From contig JBBDRK010000036.1 in NCBI GenBank assembly GCA_040905465.1, positions 73,244 through 137,243 on the forward strand: a stretch of DNA of 64,000 bases. Direction: 5' to 3'. This document shows, one piece after another, positions 37,680 through 47,065 of the stretch (position 1 is the stretch's first letter; each line of letters opens with the position of its first letter). Source of the DNA: Trueperaceae bacterium. GTDB lineage: Bacteria > Deinococcota > Deinococci > Deinococcales > Trueperaceae. Below the pieces are notes generated by a model. It ran no database searches, had not been told where the DNA came from, and saw nothing but the letters and a program-made list of their open reading frames with translations. Position numbers and translations under genes: made by a program.

Positions 37680-37894
37680 CGAGAATGTACGACTAACTTC
37701 TCCTTGATCACGTCCCGACCGCGAAGGTGTTCATCGGCAAGCGCTCTGTTCGCCTCGAGTACAAGCTCCACCGCTTCGGCCAGGTTCTCACGAGCCTCCT
37801 CGAGCGAAGTCCCTTGGGTATTGGCGCCGGGCAGCTCCTGGATGAACGCCAGATAGCCCTCCGGCACGCGCTCGAAAACAGCCGTCCATGTCAT
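37676..37894 (-). CDS. HicB-family antitoxin (short form)
   Basis: TAVFERVPEGYLAFIQELPGANTQGTSLEEARENLAEAVEL; GGAGG RBS. Confidence 0.85.
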   Translation of the reverse strand: MTWTAVFERVPEGYLAFIQELPGANTQGTSLEEARENLAEAVELVLEANRALADEHLRGRDVIKEKLVVHSR

Positions 37895-38075
37895 CACCTG
37901 TTCCTCCATGCCGATATTATGGGCCAGATCGCCGAGACGAGAGGGGGTACAGGCGGCAGAACACCCCGCGGCGCCGTCGAAAGCCGACCGAGTGACCACG
38001 CATTCTACGAGCCTGGCGGCTACGAAAATTCGAATCGAAGGATACCAAAGACGAGCGCACTAAAGCTTTTCCAGT

Positions 38076-39551
38076 TCACTCAGGCACGTCTGCCAGAGGC
38101 AGCAGTACCCGGAACTCCGTGAAGCCGGGCCGGCTCTCCAGGTCGACCCGTCCGCCGTGCGCCTCGGCGATCTGCTGCACGATCGCCAGTCCCAACCCCG
38201 AGCCGCCACCCGGTCCCTTGTAGAACTTCTCGAAGATGCGGTGCCTAAGGTCTTCCGCTATGCCGGGGCCGGTGTCGCGGACCAGCAGGCCGATCTCGCC
38301 GGCGCTGCGCTCGACATGGTCTCCGCCGTGCTCGGCAGCTCCGCCTCCACGAGCGCCCAGGTCCCCGCCGTGGTCGAAGTCTTCTCCGCCCCGCCCGCCG
38401 CGCTCTCGGCGGCCACCGCCCCGCCCGCCGCGGTCCCCGCCGTCATGGCAGACATCCAGGGCAAGCGTCACCGCCGCCGGCTCCCCCGCGGCACGCACCG
38501 CGTTGGCCGTCAGGTTGCGCACCAGTTGGCGCAGGCGCTCGGGGTCGCCGAGGACCATCGCCGTTGCCGGCCTCCCCTCGAGCCTGACTCCAGGAAACTC
38601 CTCGGCGATCGGCGCCAGCACATCGGCGACCGGATCGACCAGGTGGAGGGTCAGCTCCTGCACCAACTCGCCCCGCGATAGCTGAAGCAGGTCGCGTATC
38701 AGACGGGCCATGGCGTGCGAGATGCGCCGCGCGTCGCGAAGCTCACGCGCTACCTCGGGCGAGGCCTTGCGGGTTGCCCGGTCCAGGTATCCCTGCAGGC
38801 TGGTCAGCGGCGTGCGCAACTCGTGGCTGGTTTCGGCCAGGAACTGGCGCTGCGAGTCCAGCGACTCCTTGAGCCGGCCGATCAGTTCGTTCAGGGAGGT
38901 TGCCAGTTGCCCGACTTCGTCCCGCGGACCGCGGTAGCGGATCGGCTCGAGCCTCTCCGGGCCCAGGCGCGACGCCTGCCGGGCAAGATGGCGGATGGGC
39001 CTGATGGCTGCCGCCGCGATCAGGTAGGCGACCAGGGCGCTGAACATCACCAGTACGAGCGCGGTCACCAGCAGCGCCCGACCGAGCTGGCCGAGTGCCC
39101 GGGCGATGAAGGCCGTCTCCGCAATGACGACGGCGCTGCCGAACTCGAAAGGTGCCACGGCGGCGCGAGCCGGCCGTCCCAGGAGCTGGCCGCTCCAGTC
39201 GCGAACCCCGGCCTCGATGCGAACCGTCGCCGCCGGCAGGTTCGCACCGGATTGCTCGAACTCCTCGGTCGAAGCCGCCAGGAGCGACCCCTGCGAGTCG
39301 TACAGCTGAACGATCACGCCGCCGGTGGGCCCGGCCAACGACGCTCCGGCTACCCCGGGACCACCTGCTGCATACAGGGCGGCCACCTTGCGGACATCGG
39401 CGCGCAGAGACTGCTGCAGATCTCCGAGCAGGCTTCGCCGTACCACCCAGAAGGCGGTCAGCGATGCCAGCACTGCCAGCAGAGCGATGGCCACGCCGGC
39501 GAGCGCCGCGATTCGCCAGCGCAGGGGCAGGCCGGCGAGCGAGCGCGTCAT
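38076..39551 (-). CDS. HAMP-domain sensor histidine kinase
   Basis: Two TMs, HAMP, ETSHELRTPL H-box, NLTANA, DTGPG, GSGLGLAI. Confidence 0.95.
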   Translation of the reverse strand: MTRSLAGLPLRWRIAALAGVAIALLAVLASLTAFWVVRRSLLGDLQQSLRADVRKVAALYAAGGPGVAGASLAGPTGGVIVQLYDSQGSLLAASTEEFEQSGANLPAATVRIEAGVRDWSGQLLGRPARAAVAPFEFGSAVVIAETAFIARALGQLGRALLVTALVLVMFSALVAYLIAAAAIRPIRHLARQASRLGPERLEPIRYRGPRDEVGQLATSLNELIGRLKESLDSQRQFLAETSHELRTPLTSLQGYLDRATRKASPEVARELRDARRISHAMARLIRDLLQLSRGELVQELTLHLVDPVADVLAPIAEEFPGVRLEGRPATAMVLGDPERLRQLVRNLTANAVRAAGEPAAVTLALDVCHDGGDRGGRGGGRRERGGRGGEDFDHGGDLGARGGGAAEHGGDHVERSAGEIGLLVRDTGPGIAEDLRHRIFEKFYKGPGGGSGLGLAIVQQIAEAHGGRVDLESRPGFTEFRVLLPLADVPE

Positions 39552-39568
39552 TGCATCAGCCGCTCAGC

Positions 39569-40237
39569 CTAGCTCTTGATCGCGTAGCCCACGCCGCGGA
39601 CAGTACGGATCACGCCGTAGCCGCCGGCGTCGCGCAGCTTGCCCCGAATGTTGGCGATGTGGACGTCCACTACGTTCGATGACGGCGGCAGCTCCTCGCC
39701 CCAGACGTTCGCCTCGATCTCCTGGCGGCTATAGACGCGTCCCGGCTGCGAGCACAGGTAGAGGAGCAGGTCGAACTCACGCGGCGACAGGCGCAGCTCC
39801 TCCTCCGCCCAGAAGGCCTGCCGGCGAGTGGCGTCCAGAGACATATCCCCGACCTTGCGCGCCATCGCCCCATTGCGCTTGCGAAGCTGAACGTTGATGC
39901 GTGCTATCAGCTCGTCGCTGTGGAACGGCTTCGCCAGGTAGTCGTCGGCGCCGGCGTTGAGCATCTCCACCTTGGTGCCCACGTCGTCGGCCGCGGTAAG
40001 GATGATGATAGGTGTGTCGTCGGTATGGCGGATGCGACGAGCGATCTCCGCCCCGTTCAGGTCCGGCAGGCCGAGGTCCAGCACCACCAGGTCCGGAGAG
40101 TCCTCGCGCACGGCCGACAGGCCACGCATTCCGGTGTCGTAACTGCTCACCTGGAATCCCGCATCTTCGAGCTCGAGCGTCAGGAAGCGGTTGATGTCGT
40201 GGTCGTCCTCCACGATCAGTATGTGCTTCCTCGTCAC
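39569..40237 (-). CDS. OmpR-family response regulator (resembles Deinococcus DrRRA)
   Basis: EDDHDI, LDLGLPD, GADDYLAKPFH, QPGRVYSRQEI, SNVVDVH, RTVRGVGY. Confidence 0.93.
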   Translation of the reverse strand: MTRKHILIVEDDHDINRFLTLELEDAGFQVSSYDTGMRGLSAVREDSPDLVVLDLGLPDLNGAEIARRIRHTDDTPIIILTAADDVGTKVEMLNAGADDYLAKPFHSDELIARINVQLRKRNGAMARKVGDMSLDATRRQAFWAEEELRLSPREFDLLLYLCSQPGRVYSRQEIEANVWGEELPPSSNVVDVHIANIRGKLRDAGGYGVIRTVRGVGYAIKS

Positions 40238-40629
40238 GGCTCCCTCCTGTTCTCGTCGGAGATGGGCAGGACCAACACTATCTCACGCTCCTCCGCAAGC
40301 CACTTACGCAGCGATAGCGGACCATCAAGCTCGGGAAACTCCACCAGGACGTCCTGCCCGTCCTCGGAGATTCGGCCCGTCAGTGCCTGCACGCCGGCAA
40401 GCGCCTGGGCTCGTTCCTGGTCGCTGGCGTCGGGCGGAAAGATCAGCAGCCGCAACTCCTGGTTAGGCGCCAGCGGGTTAGCGAACTCCAAGGTACCGTC
40501 GGACACGGTTGCCCTGCCGTATATCGTCAACAAATCGTGCGACACGAGTTGGACCACGGTGCCCGGCGGCATCTGGGGAAGCCCGGCGAGTGTCTGGCTG
40601 ATCAGGAACCAGAAGAGAAGATCGGTCAC
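40234..40629 (-). CDS. Hypothetical protein, first gene of the two-component operon
   Basis: GGAGGA RBS plus GTG 40629; GTGA overlap with the regulator start. Confidence 0.7.
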   Translation of the reverse strand: MTDLLFWFLISQTLAGLPQMPPGTVVQLVSHDLLTIYGRATVSDGTLEFANPLAPNQELRLLIFPPDASDQERAQALAGVQALTGRISEDGQDVLVEFPELDGPLSLRKWLAEEREIVLVLPISDENRREP

Positions 40630-40941
40630 TGGTCCTCCATCTGCTGGTGAGGTCGGCGGACCGTTGCAGCTACAACCATGGCGACATGCTACCAACGGCC
40701 CAATTAGCGTACCGACCGGTTGTCTGAAGGAGTCTTCATGGTCCCGCCGAATTTCGAACTCGGCAGCGGCTTCAGGCGCACTCCGCACCAGGCTGCCTCC
40801 GTCGCTGTGCGCCGAAGTGAATGACCTAACCCTCGGCACGGCATCGCTCTTCCATTATGTGGGTATTGCCTAACCTGCCCCAAAAGGTCGGACAAGCGAT
40901 CCGCTGCACAACGGGGCAGCACGAGCACCTACGAGGCCAAC

Positions 40942-42588
40942 ATGCGCAAAATGCCAGTCCCCCAACATCGCACCCAGGCAGGTCGCCTCACGTTCGCGCT
41001 CGTGGCGCTGCTGTGGCTCCTCTTTGCCACTGCCGCGGCCCAGACTTTCGACCCCGACCGATACCACCGGCAATGCCTGGCATTCGAGCAAGGCGGCGAC
41101 TACGAGACGGCCCGCGAGAGCTGCCTGAACGCCCTGGCGGCCGATCCAGCTCATAGGCAGGCCCGTCTCTCGCTGGCCCGAATCGAGCTGGCGCTGGGCA
41201 ATCTCGCGGCGGCCGAAAATGCGCTGATGCAGATCGGCAACACAGTCACGACGGCGGAGCCCCAACTCCTGCTGGCGGAGCTGCTGATACGAGGCGCGCG
41301 CTATCCGGAGGCCGAGGCGGCGCTGGCTGAAGCCGGACGACGCATCACCGCCGGGGGGGACCGGTCGGCGGCCGGACGGCACTCGTATCTCCTCGGAGAC
41401 CTGGCCGAGAGGCGGGGCCGGTTCACCGAGGCCCTCGACCACTTCCGGAGCGCCGTACGGCTGGAGCCCGGCGAAAGGCGCAACAGAGTTCGTCTGGCGT
41501 CTCTCCTGTTCGAGATGGGAGACGCCGACGCGGCTCAGCGAGAGCTGCAAACGTACTTGGCGGGAGCCGGTGATACCGGCGACGTCGAGGTCAGCAGCCT
41601 GTTGGGATGGACGTTGTGGGCACAGGGAGACCTGACCGGAGCGGCTCGCGAGTTGGAACGTTCACTGGCACTGCGAAGCGCCAGAGACGGTGAGGCTCAG
41701 GCACGGGACCTGCGCGCGCTCGGCCTGGTCTACTACGGGCTGGGAGACGGCCGCGCCGGTGGGCTGGCGCTGCGCGAGGCGACGCGCCGCGGCAATCTGT
41801 TTACGACGTTCTTCTCGGGCAACCTCGCCTGGCTGCTCCTGCTGCTGCTGCTGTTGGCGGTGCATCTGATCGGGGAGAGCCGTATCGGCGTCACCTCGGG
41901 CGTGGACACCACCGACGGTCCGCGCCCGTGGAACGTAGGGCAGGTCTACGGGATCGTCTGGGCAGGACTCCTGACCGGCCTGCCGCTGGCAGTGCTCTAC
42001 GGCGCGTATCGCTACGACAATCTGCTCGCCCTGCTCACGCCGATTCAGAGCAGCGACACGCGCGCCATATTCTTCATCGTGTTCTCGGTGATGGTGGCCT
42101 GGGGCTCGTGGCGGCGCGCCGCCCTCAACGGTTGGCAGCCTGGCGGGGTATTGCTCTCCGGCGGGGAGCGGGCGGCGCTAGGCATTCTGCTCGGCGCGGC
42201 AATGCTGGCGCTCACGCTGGCCTACCGCATCTACATGCCCGATGGTCCATGGCGGGGAGACTTCTTCCTCGACCTCGCCCACCTCACTCCGGCGGTGGCG
42301 GTGGCCATGGCGTTGATTCCGCTAAGCGAGATCTTCTTTCGGGCGTTCGCGTTCCCGGCTTTCGAAAACCGCTACGGTACCTCGTTCGCGGTGCTGATCT
42401 CGGGGAGCTTGTCGGCGCTGGTGTTCGCCACGCCGGCGCTGCTGCTGCTCGCCCTTGGACTCGCGCTCGCCACGATCTACCGAGGCAACCGCAGCGGGGC
42501 GATGACTTTCGCCGCGCAGCTCACCTTGCACCTCGGCCTGCTGTTGGCGGTAGCCCTGTTGCCCTGGGCACGAAGCCTGTTCGTCTGA
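40942..42588 (+). CDS. Exported TPR domain fused to a multi-TM region with degenerate CPBP (CAAX-protease-like) motifs
   Basis: Signal peptide; TPR repeats; C-terminal TMs with SEIFFR and ..LHL. Confidence 0.7.
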   Translation: MRKMPVPQHRTQAGRLTFALVALLWLLFATAAAQTFDPDRYHRQCLAFEQGGDYETARESCLNALAADPAHRQARLSLARIELALGNLAAAENALMQIGNTVTTAEPQLLLAELLIRGARYPEAEAALAEAGRRITAGGDRSAAGRHSYLLGDLAERRGRFTEALDHFRSAVRLEPGERRNRVRLASLLFEMGDADAAQRELQTYLAGAGDTGDVEVSSLLGWTLWAQGDLTGAARELERSLALRSARDGEAQARDLRALGLVYYGLGDGRAGGLALREATRRGNLFTTFFSGNLAWLLLLLLLLAVHLIGESRIGVTSGVDTTDGPRPWNVGQVYGIVWAGLLTGLPLAVLYGAYRYDNLLALLTPIQSSDTRAIFFIVFSVMVAWGSWRRAALNGWQPGGVLLSGGERAALGILLGAAMLALTLAYRIYMPDGPWRGDFFLDLAHLTPAVAVAMALIPLSEIFFRAFAFPAFENRYGTSFAVLISGSLSALVFATPALLLLALGLALATIYRGNRSGAMTFAAQLTLHLGLLLAVALLPWARSLFV

Positions 42589-42631
42589 GCGCGACAACAG
42601 TGCTTGCCGGCCGAGCACGCTAATCTGAAGC

Positions 42632-43000
42632 ATGACCGGTGAAGTCCTTTCCATGTGGGACGTACTGGATGGCGATTGGCTCTATCTCGGCCGGCCATTG
42701 GAAGGGGTACTGGATGTAGCCACCCTGGTTGGGCAGGCCGGCAGGGTGGCGCCTCTGTTCGGCGACGAAGCCAGCGGTGAGCCGTTTCGCGCCAAGGGCC
42801 CGGCCGGTCTCGAACTGCTTCCGGTAGCGGCGGCGGATCTGCGGGGCAAGGAGGAGTGGCTACGCGCCGCTCTCGCTCAAGGCGCTACCGAGATCGCCTT
42901 CGATCCCGATCCCGTTTCGCTCGCGCCCACGCTGGCATTTCCTATCGACAAGGGGCTCTGGTACGTGCTCTCGCACCGGCGCGAAACCGCCTGCCTGTAG
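42632..43000 (+). CDS. Hypothetical protein
   Basis: ORF fills the gap; leaderless -10 TAATCT at 42621-42626. Confidence 0.6.
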   Translation: MTGEVLSMWDVLDGDWLYLGRPLEGVLDVATLVGQAGRVAPLFGDEASGEPFRAKGPAGLELLPVAAADLRGKEEWLRAALAQGATEIAFDPDPVSLAPTLAFPIDKGLWYVLSHRRETACL

Positions 43001-43061
43001 CCGGGCGGCGGCTGGAAGCAGGCATGCTGCTGGTGTCCGACGGCGCACCCGACAGCGCATG

Positions 43062-45851
43062 CTAGAGGGGGAGGCGCAAACCGAGGCGGTACCACCAGCG
43101 GTCGGCGTATCCCACCGTGGCGCCCACGCTTACCGGCGCGCCGTAACGAACCATCGTGTCGGCCCAGAGCGAGAGCTCGGCGCCTCCGGCCAGTTGCCCG
43201 TCGTACCAGCCGTGCACGCGTCCCTCAGCGGTCAGGCGTTCAAGCGCCAGTACGCCATCGCCGTACCGCCAGCCTACCGGCAGATGCCGGCGCACGCCTA
43301 GCGTGCCGAATACCACCCAATCGGCTGTCTGCACCTGGACCGGCGGCGCCGGGCGGTATCCCGCCCTCACGGAAAAGTCTACGGTCAGCGGCAATTCCAC
43401 CGACAACCCGGTAACCGCCAGGACCGTCGACGCGTCGAGCCATGCGCCGATCGAGGCGGCGGTGGGGCCGGCACTCCACACCGCGTGCAGCGACAGCCTT
43501 GGCCCACGGACGCCGTAGCCCCAGAGATCGACGTAACGACGGCTCACGAGCGCGTCCACCCGAGCATCCGGCTGTAGGCCGCCGTGCGAGGGGAGATGCA
43601 GCGCCGCGGCGCGCAGTCGCCCCAGCGCGGTCCAACTTCCGACCGCCGATCTCAACCACAACTCCGCGCTACCTCCGACGGCGACCTCACTCCTGTCGCC
43701 CAGGTGCTGCGTGTGGGGCCAGGCGCCGGCCTGGACACCGAAACCGAGCGGCGGGGGGCGTTGGAAGAGGTCGAACACGTCCACGCCTCGGTAGTCGTAA
43801 CGGCCGACCAGCCAGCCGCCATCGATCGGACCTGCGAGCGCCGGATCGTACCCGATGGAGAGTCGGTAGGAGTGGTCCCCACTGCTGTCTTGACCGAGCA
43901 CGTTCGCAGCCGCCGACAGCCTGAACGGCGCCCACGACACGAGGCCAACCTCAGGCAACCAGCCGAACGGAGCCAAGGACTCCTCGGGCCGGTAGGGGCG
44001 GACCGGATAATCGACCGGGAATCCGGGCGGTGGCGGCAACGGCTCTGTCTGCAACGTAGTTCGCTCCAGCGACCGCTCGACCGGGACGGCGGCCAGGTCG
44101 TACCCTCGGCCACCGAGCCGGGCGTACACGACGCTGCCTTCGGCCGCGCTGGGCGCGAATGCCCCGCCCGGGGCGGCCGTCAGCCGCCGCACCGTCCGCT
44201 CGCCGGGTCGCAATGCGAACAACTCGAACACCTCGCCGCGGTCCGAGCGAAACACCAGCTCGTCCTCACCCGACCACCAGGGATCGAGGTCCTGGCTGGC
44301 ATCCTGAGTGAGCCAGCGGAGCCGCTCGCCGGACCGGACGCCGGCGAGCAGCGCCAGATCGACGAAGCCGTTTCGCCAGACCGACAGCGCGATACGGCCT
44401 TCACCGCTCACCGCCAGCCCGACGATATGCATGCCCGCCGGTGCCCTGAACAGCCGCAGGGGATCGCCGCCCGGGCAGACCCGCCGCAGTTGTGAGCCCT
44501 CGCCGATCACGTCGCGAACGTACAGGACGCAGCCGTCCGGCGCGGCGCGCGGAAACCTCACTCGCTCACCGTGGGTGAGCCTGGTTTCACGTCCACTGCC
44601 GAGATCGAGCGCGAACAGGTCGATGAAGCGCTGATCGGATCCGGGCGCCAGGCGCGAGTAGATCAGCCGTTCCGGTCCCACCCAGGCCAACGACAGCGGC
44701 CGCAAATTTGGCGGCAGCACGGCTTCGCCGTTTCCCAGTCCCGGGTCGCCGGCAGGCGAAGCCGCCTCCGCCGCTATCGCCGATGCACTTCGAGGTGTTT
44801 CGGTCGCCGCCACGGTCGCCGCCACGGTCGCTGCAACCGGCACCGTTACCGGAGCCACCATCAGCCCGGCGCCCGATGCCGGCCTCCACGCCAGCCGACG
44901 CCCGGATGGGTCCAGTGCCAACGTGGTGCTGGCCCGTCCACCCACGGTCCACCGACCGGACGGCTCGAGCCCCTCACCCGCCACCCGCGCCAGAGCGTGC
45001 TCGAACACCTCCCGGCCCCACTGCCGCCAGAGCGTATCGAGGTCGTCACCGGTGGCGCGGCGCCACGCCTGGGCGAACGATCCCGTATGCCAGCCGGCGT
45101 TCGCCTGGCGCAGGGCGGCCAACATGGTGTCCCAGCCGTAGCGGTCGATCAGCGTGCCGACGAACGCTCCGCCGAGCAGATATCGGGCCTCTCCGCCCGG
45201 CCACTCCTGGTGACTGAGCAGCGAAACGTCCGCGAGACTGGGCCACTCCCCTTCGAGGGCGAGGGCCGCCAGGGCGCCCCGGGTACGGGCGTCGAAGGGA
45301 AGATCGTCATCGAGCCCGGCCGCCAGCCGGTCGGCCGCCCACACAGCGAGCCCTTCCAGCAGCCAACCGGGAGGTACAGGCGCTACCGTTTCGCCCACCA
45401 GCCCCACACGCGGAAGCACGGGAGTGCCGGCCGGCAGCTCCAGGAAGGTGAGTTGAACGCTGTGCGTCAGCTCGTGCGTCAGGAGCGCATGGAGGGGATC
45501 GGCCGTACGGAGATCGATCTCCGTAATCGCTGGGAAGAGCGCGGGCAGAGTCACCCGCGGCCTGGGCAGTGGAGGGGCGATGGCGTTGTAGAGGTCGGTT
45601 CTGCCGTCCACGGTGATAGTTACCAGCGGGGGCGCGCTCTCGAACAGTTCCGTCAGGTCGACAAGGGCCACCTCGGCCCGGCCGGCCACTCCGAGGGCGT
45701 ACCGCTCGAGAACAGGATCGGCGTACAACACCCGCACGTGGGGAGCAACTACCTCGTGCCAGCCGGACTCGGGAGGCTCGGCAGCAGCAACGTGGCAAGC
45801 CGCCGCCAGGGCGATCGAGGTCAGGATGGGAACGATGCCTAGACGGAGCAC
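43062..45851 (-). CDS. Large exported protein: gluzincin-like peptidase domain, TolB-like propeller, putative C-terminal beta-barrel
   Basis: HELTH...PGWLLEGLA; ETRLTHG, QDLDPWWS..LVFRSDR repeats; -10 TACAAT 5 nt before GTG 45851. Confidence 0.7.
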   Translation of the reverse strand: MLRLGIVPILTSIALAAACHVAAAEPPESGWHEVVAPHVRVLYADPVLERYALGVAGRAEVALVDLTELFESAPPLVTITVDGRTDLYNAIAPPLPRPRVTLPALFPAITEIDLRTADPLHALLTHELTHSVQLTFLELPAGTPVLPRVGLVGETVAPVPPGWLLEGLAVWAADRLAAGLDDDLPFDARTRGALAALALEGEWPSLADVSLLSHQEWPGGEARYLLGGAFVGTLIDRYGWDTMLAALRQANAGWHTGSFAQAWRRATGDDLDTLWRQWGREVFEHALARVAGEGLEPSGRWTVGGRASTTLALDPSGRRLAWRPASGAGLMVAPVTVPVAATVAATVAATETPRSASAIAAEAASPAGDPGLGNGEAVLPPNLRPLSLAWVGPERLIYSRLAPGSDQRFIDLFALDLGSGRETRLTHGERVRFPRAAPDGCVLYVRDVIGEGSQLRRVCPGGDPLRLFRAPAGMHIVGLAVSGEGRIALSVWRNGFVDLALLAGVRSGERLRWLTQDASQDLDPWWSGEDELVFRSDRGEVFELFALRPGERTVRRLTAAPGGAFAPSAAEGSVVYARLGGRGYDLAAVPVERSLERTTLQTEPLPPPPGFPVDYPVRPYRPEESLAPFGWLPEVGLVSWAPFRLSAAANVLGQDSSGDHSYRLSIGYDPALAGPIDGGWLVGRYDYRGVDVFDLFQRPPPLGFGVQAGAWPHTQHLGDRSEVAVGGSAELWLRSAVGSWTALGRLRAAALHLPSHGGLQPDARVDALVSRRYVDLWGYGVRGPRLSLHAVWSAGPTAASIGAWLDASTVLAVTGLSVELPLTVDFSVRAGYRPAPPVQVQTADWVVFGTLGVRRHLPVGWRYGDGVLALERLTAEGRVHGWYDGQLAGGAELSLWADTMVRYGAPVSVGATVGYADRWWYRLGLRLPL

Positions 45852-45965
45852 GCCCGATTGTACGAGTGACAACGCTCGGCAGGCGGGCGATTTAGCGCAT
45901 GGACGCCGGCCTGCCGGACGGCCGGCGGGTCGCGGCCAACGCACCGGCGCCGGTAGAATGTCCGG

Positions 45966-46907
45966 ATGCCCGTATATGTGGTCGACAAGCCTCTGCACGC
46001 GACCTCGCACGACGTCGTCGCACAGGCGCGCCGCCTGCTGGGCACACGCCGTGTCGGTCACGGGGGCACTCTCGACCCGTTGGCGTCCGGGGTGCTTGCG
46101 CTGCTAGTGGACGACGGCACCAAACTCTCGCCATTCCTGACCGACTCGCGCAAGCGCTACGTTGCCTGGGTGTCGTTCGGGGCCACGACCGCCACTCTCG
46201 ATGCGGAAGGGCCGTTGCTGGCAGGCCCATCCGGCAAGGACGTCGACGGCGAGTCGATAGAGAGGGCCCTGCCGGACTTCCTCGCGTTGAGTGAGCAGGT
46301 GCCGCCGCAGTACTCGGCGGTAAAGCGGCAAGGGGTCAAGGGGTACGAGGCCGCCCGCAAAGGCGAGCGGCTCGATCTTCCCGCCCGGCCCGCCGGATAC
46401 CACCGCATCGACTTGCTGGCGTTCGCCGCCGAGCGGGACGCCTTGCCCGACAGGGTCGCCTTCAGCCACGATCGCTGGCTGCCGCACCGCCAGGGGCGCG
46501 CCGTGCCGCTGCCCGATCCGCTGGGAGTCTTCCCGACAGCGCTCATATCGTTGGAGGTACGTGCCGGCACCTATGTTCGCTCCTTCGCACGCGACCTGGG
46601 CGAAGCCGTGGGTGCGCCCGCTTTCCTCAGCGGCCTGCTTCGTACCGGCGCAGGACCGCTGGACCTGGCCATGGCCGTGCCGCCCTCGCGGATGCTCGAA
46701 TCGTCTCCTGTCGCCGCGGCAGACGCCCTCTCCTATCCCCGGATCACGCTCGACAGCCAGCAGGTCGGCAGGGTGCGGCAGGGTCAGCGCTTGCCAGTGC
46801 GGTTGAACGGGCGAACCGCACTGGTCGATGGCGGCGGCGACCTCGTGGCAGTGGCCGAGATTAAGGACGGCCGCATGACCTTCCTGCGCGTCTGGGGTGG
46901 GCACTAG
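45966..46907 (+). CDS. truB: tRNA pseudouridine(55) synthase
   Basis: DKP..TSHDVV, VGHGGTLDPLASG, QVPPQYSAVK, GTYVRS; -10 TAGAAT at 45954-45959. Confidence 0.95.
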   Translation: MPVYVVDKPLHATSHDVVAQARRLLGTRRVGHGGTLDPLASGVLALLVDDGTKLSPFLTDSRKRYVAWVSFGATTATLDAEGPLLAGPSGKDVDGESIERALPDFLALSEQVPPQYSAVKRQGVKGYEAARKGERLDLPARPAGYHRIDLLAFAAERDALPDRVAFSHDRWLPHRQGRAVPLPDPLGVFPTALISLEVRAGTYVRSFARDLGEAVGAPAFLSGLLRTGAGPLDLAMAVPPSRMLESSPVAAADALSYPRITLDSQQVGRVRQGQRLPVRLNGRTALVDGGGDLVAVAEIKDGRMTFLRVWGGH

Positions 46908-47065
46908 ACGCAACCGCAAGCGTCTGTCGGCCCGAAGAATGGCCACGACGCGGCGACGACGGAACTGGGGAGACTGCTACGAGACTGTTATCGTCCGACT
47001 GCTCTAGACTGGAGTAAACGCAATAACCCACGGGCTCGCGGGGCCCCTAACGGAAAGAGGGATAG

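Noticed and set aside
36408-38075. Intact prophage, IS or integron
   Set aside because: No integrase, transposase, terminal inverted repeats or attC-like sites seen; only fragments
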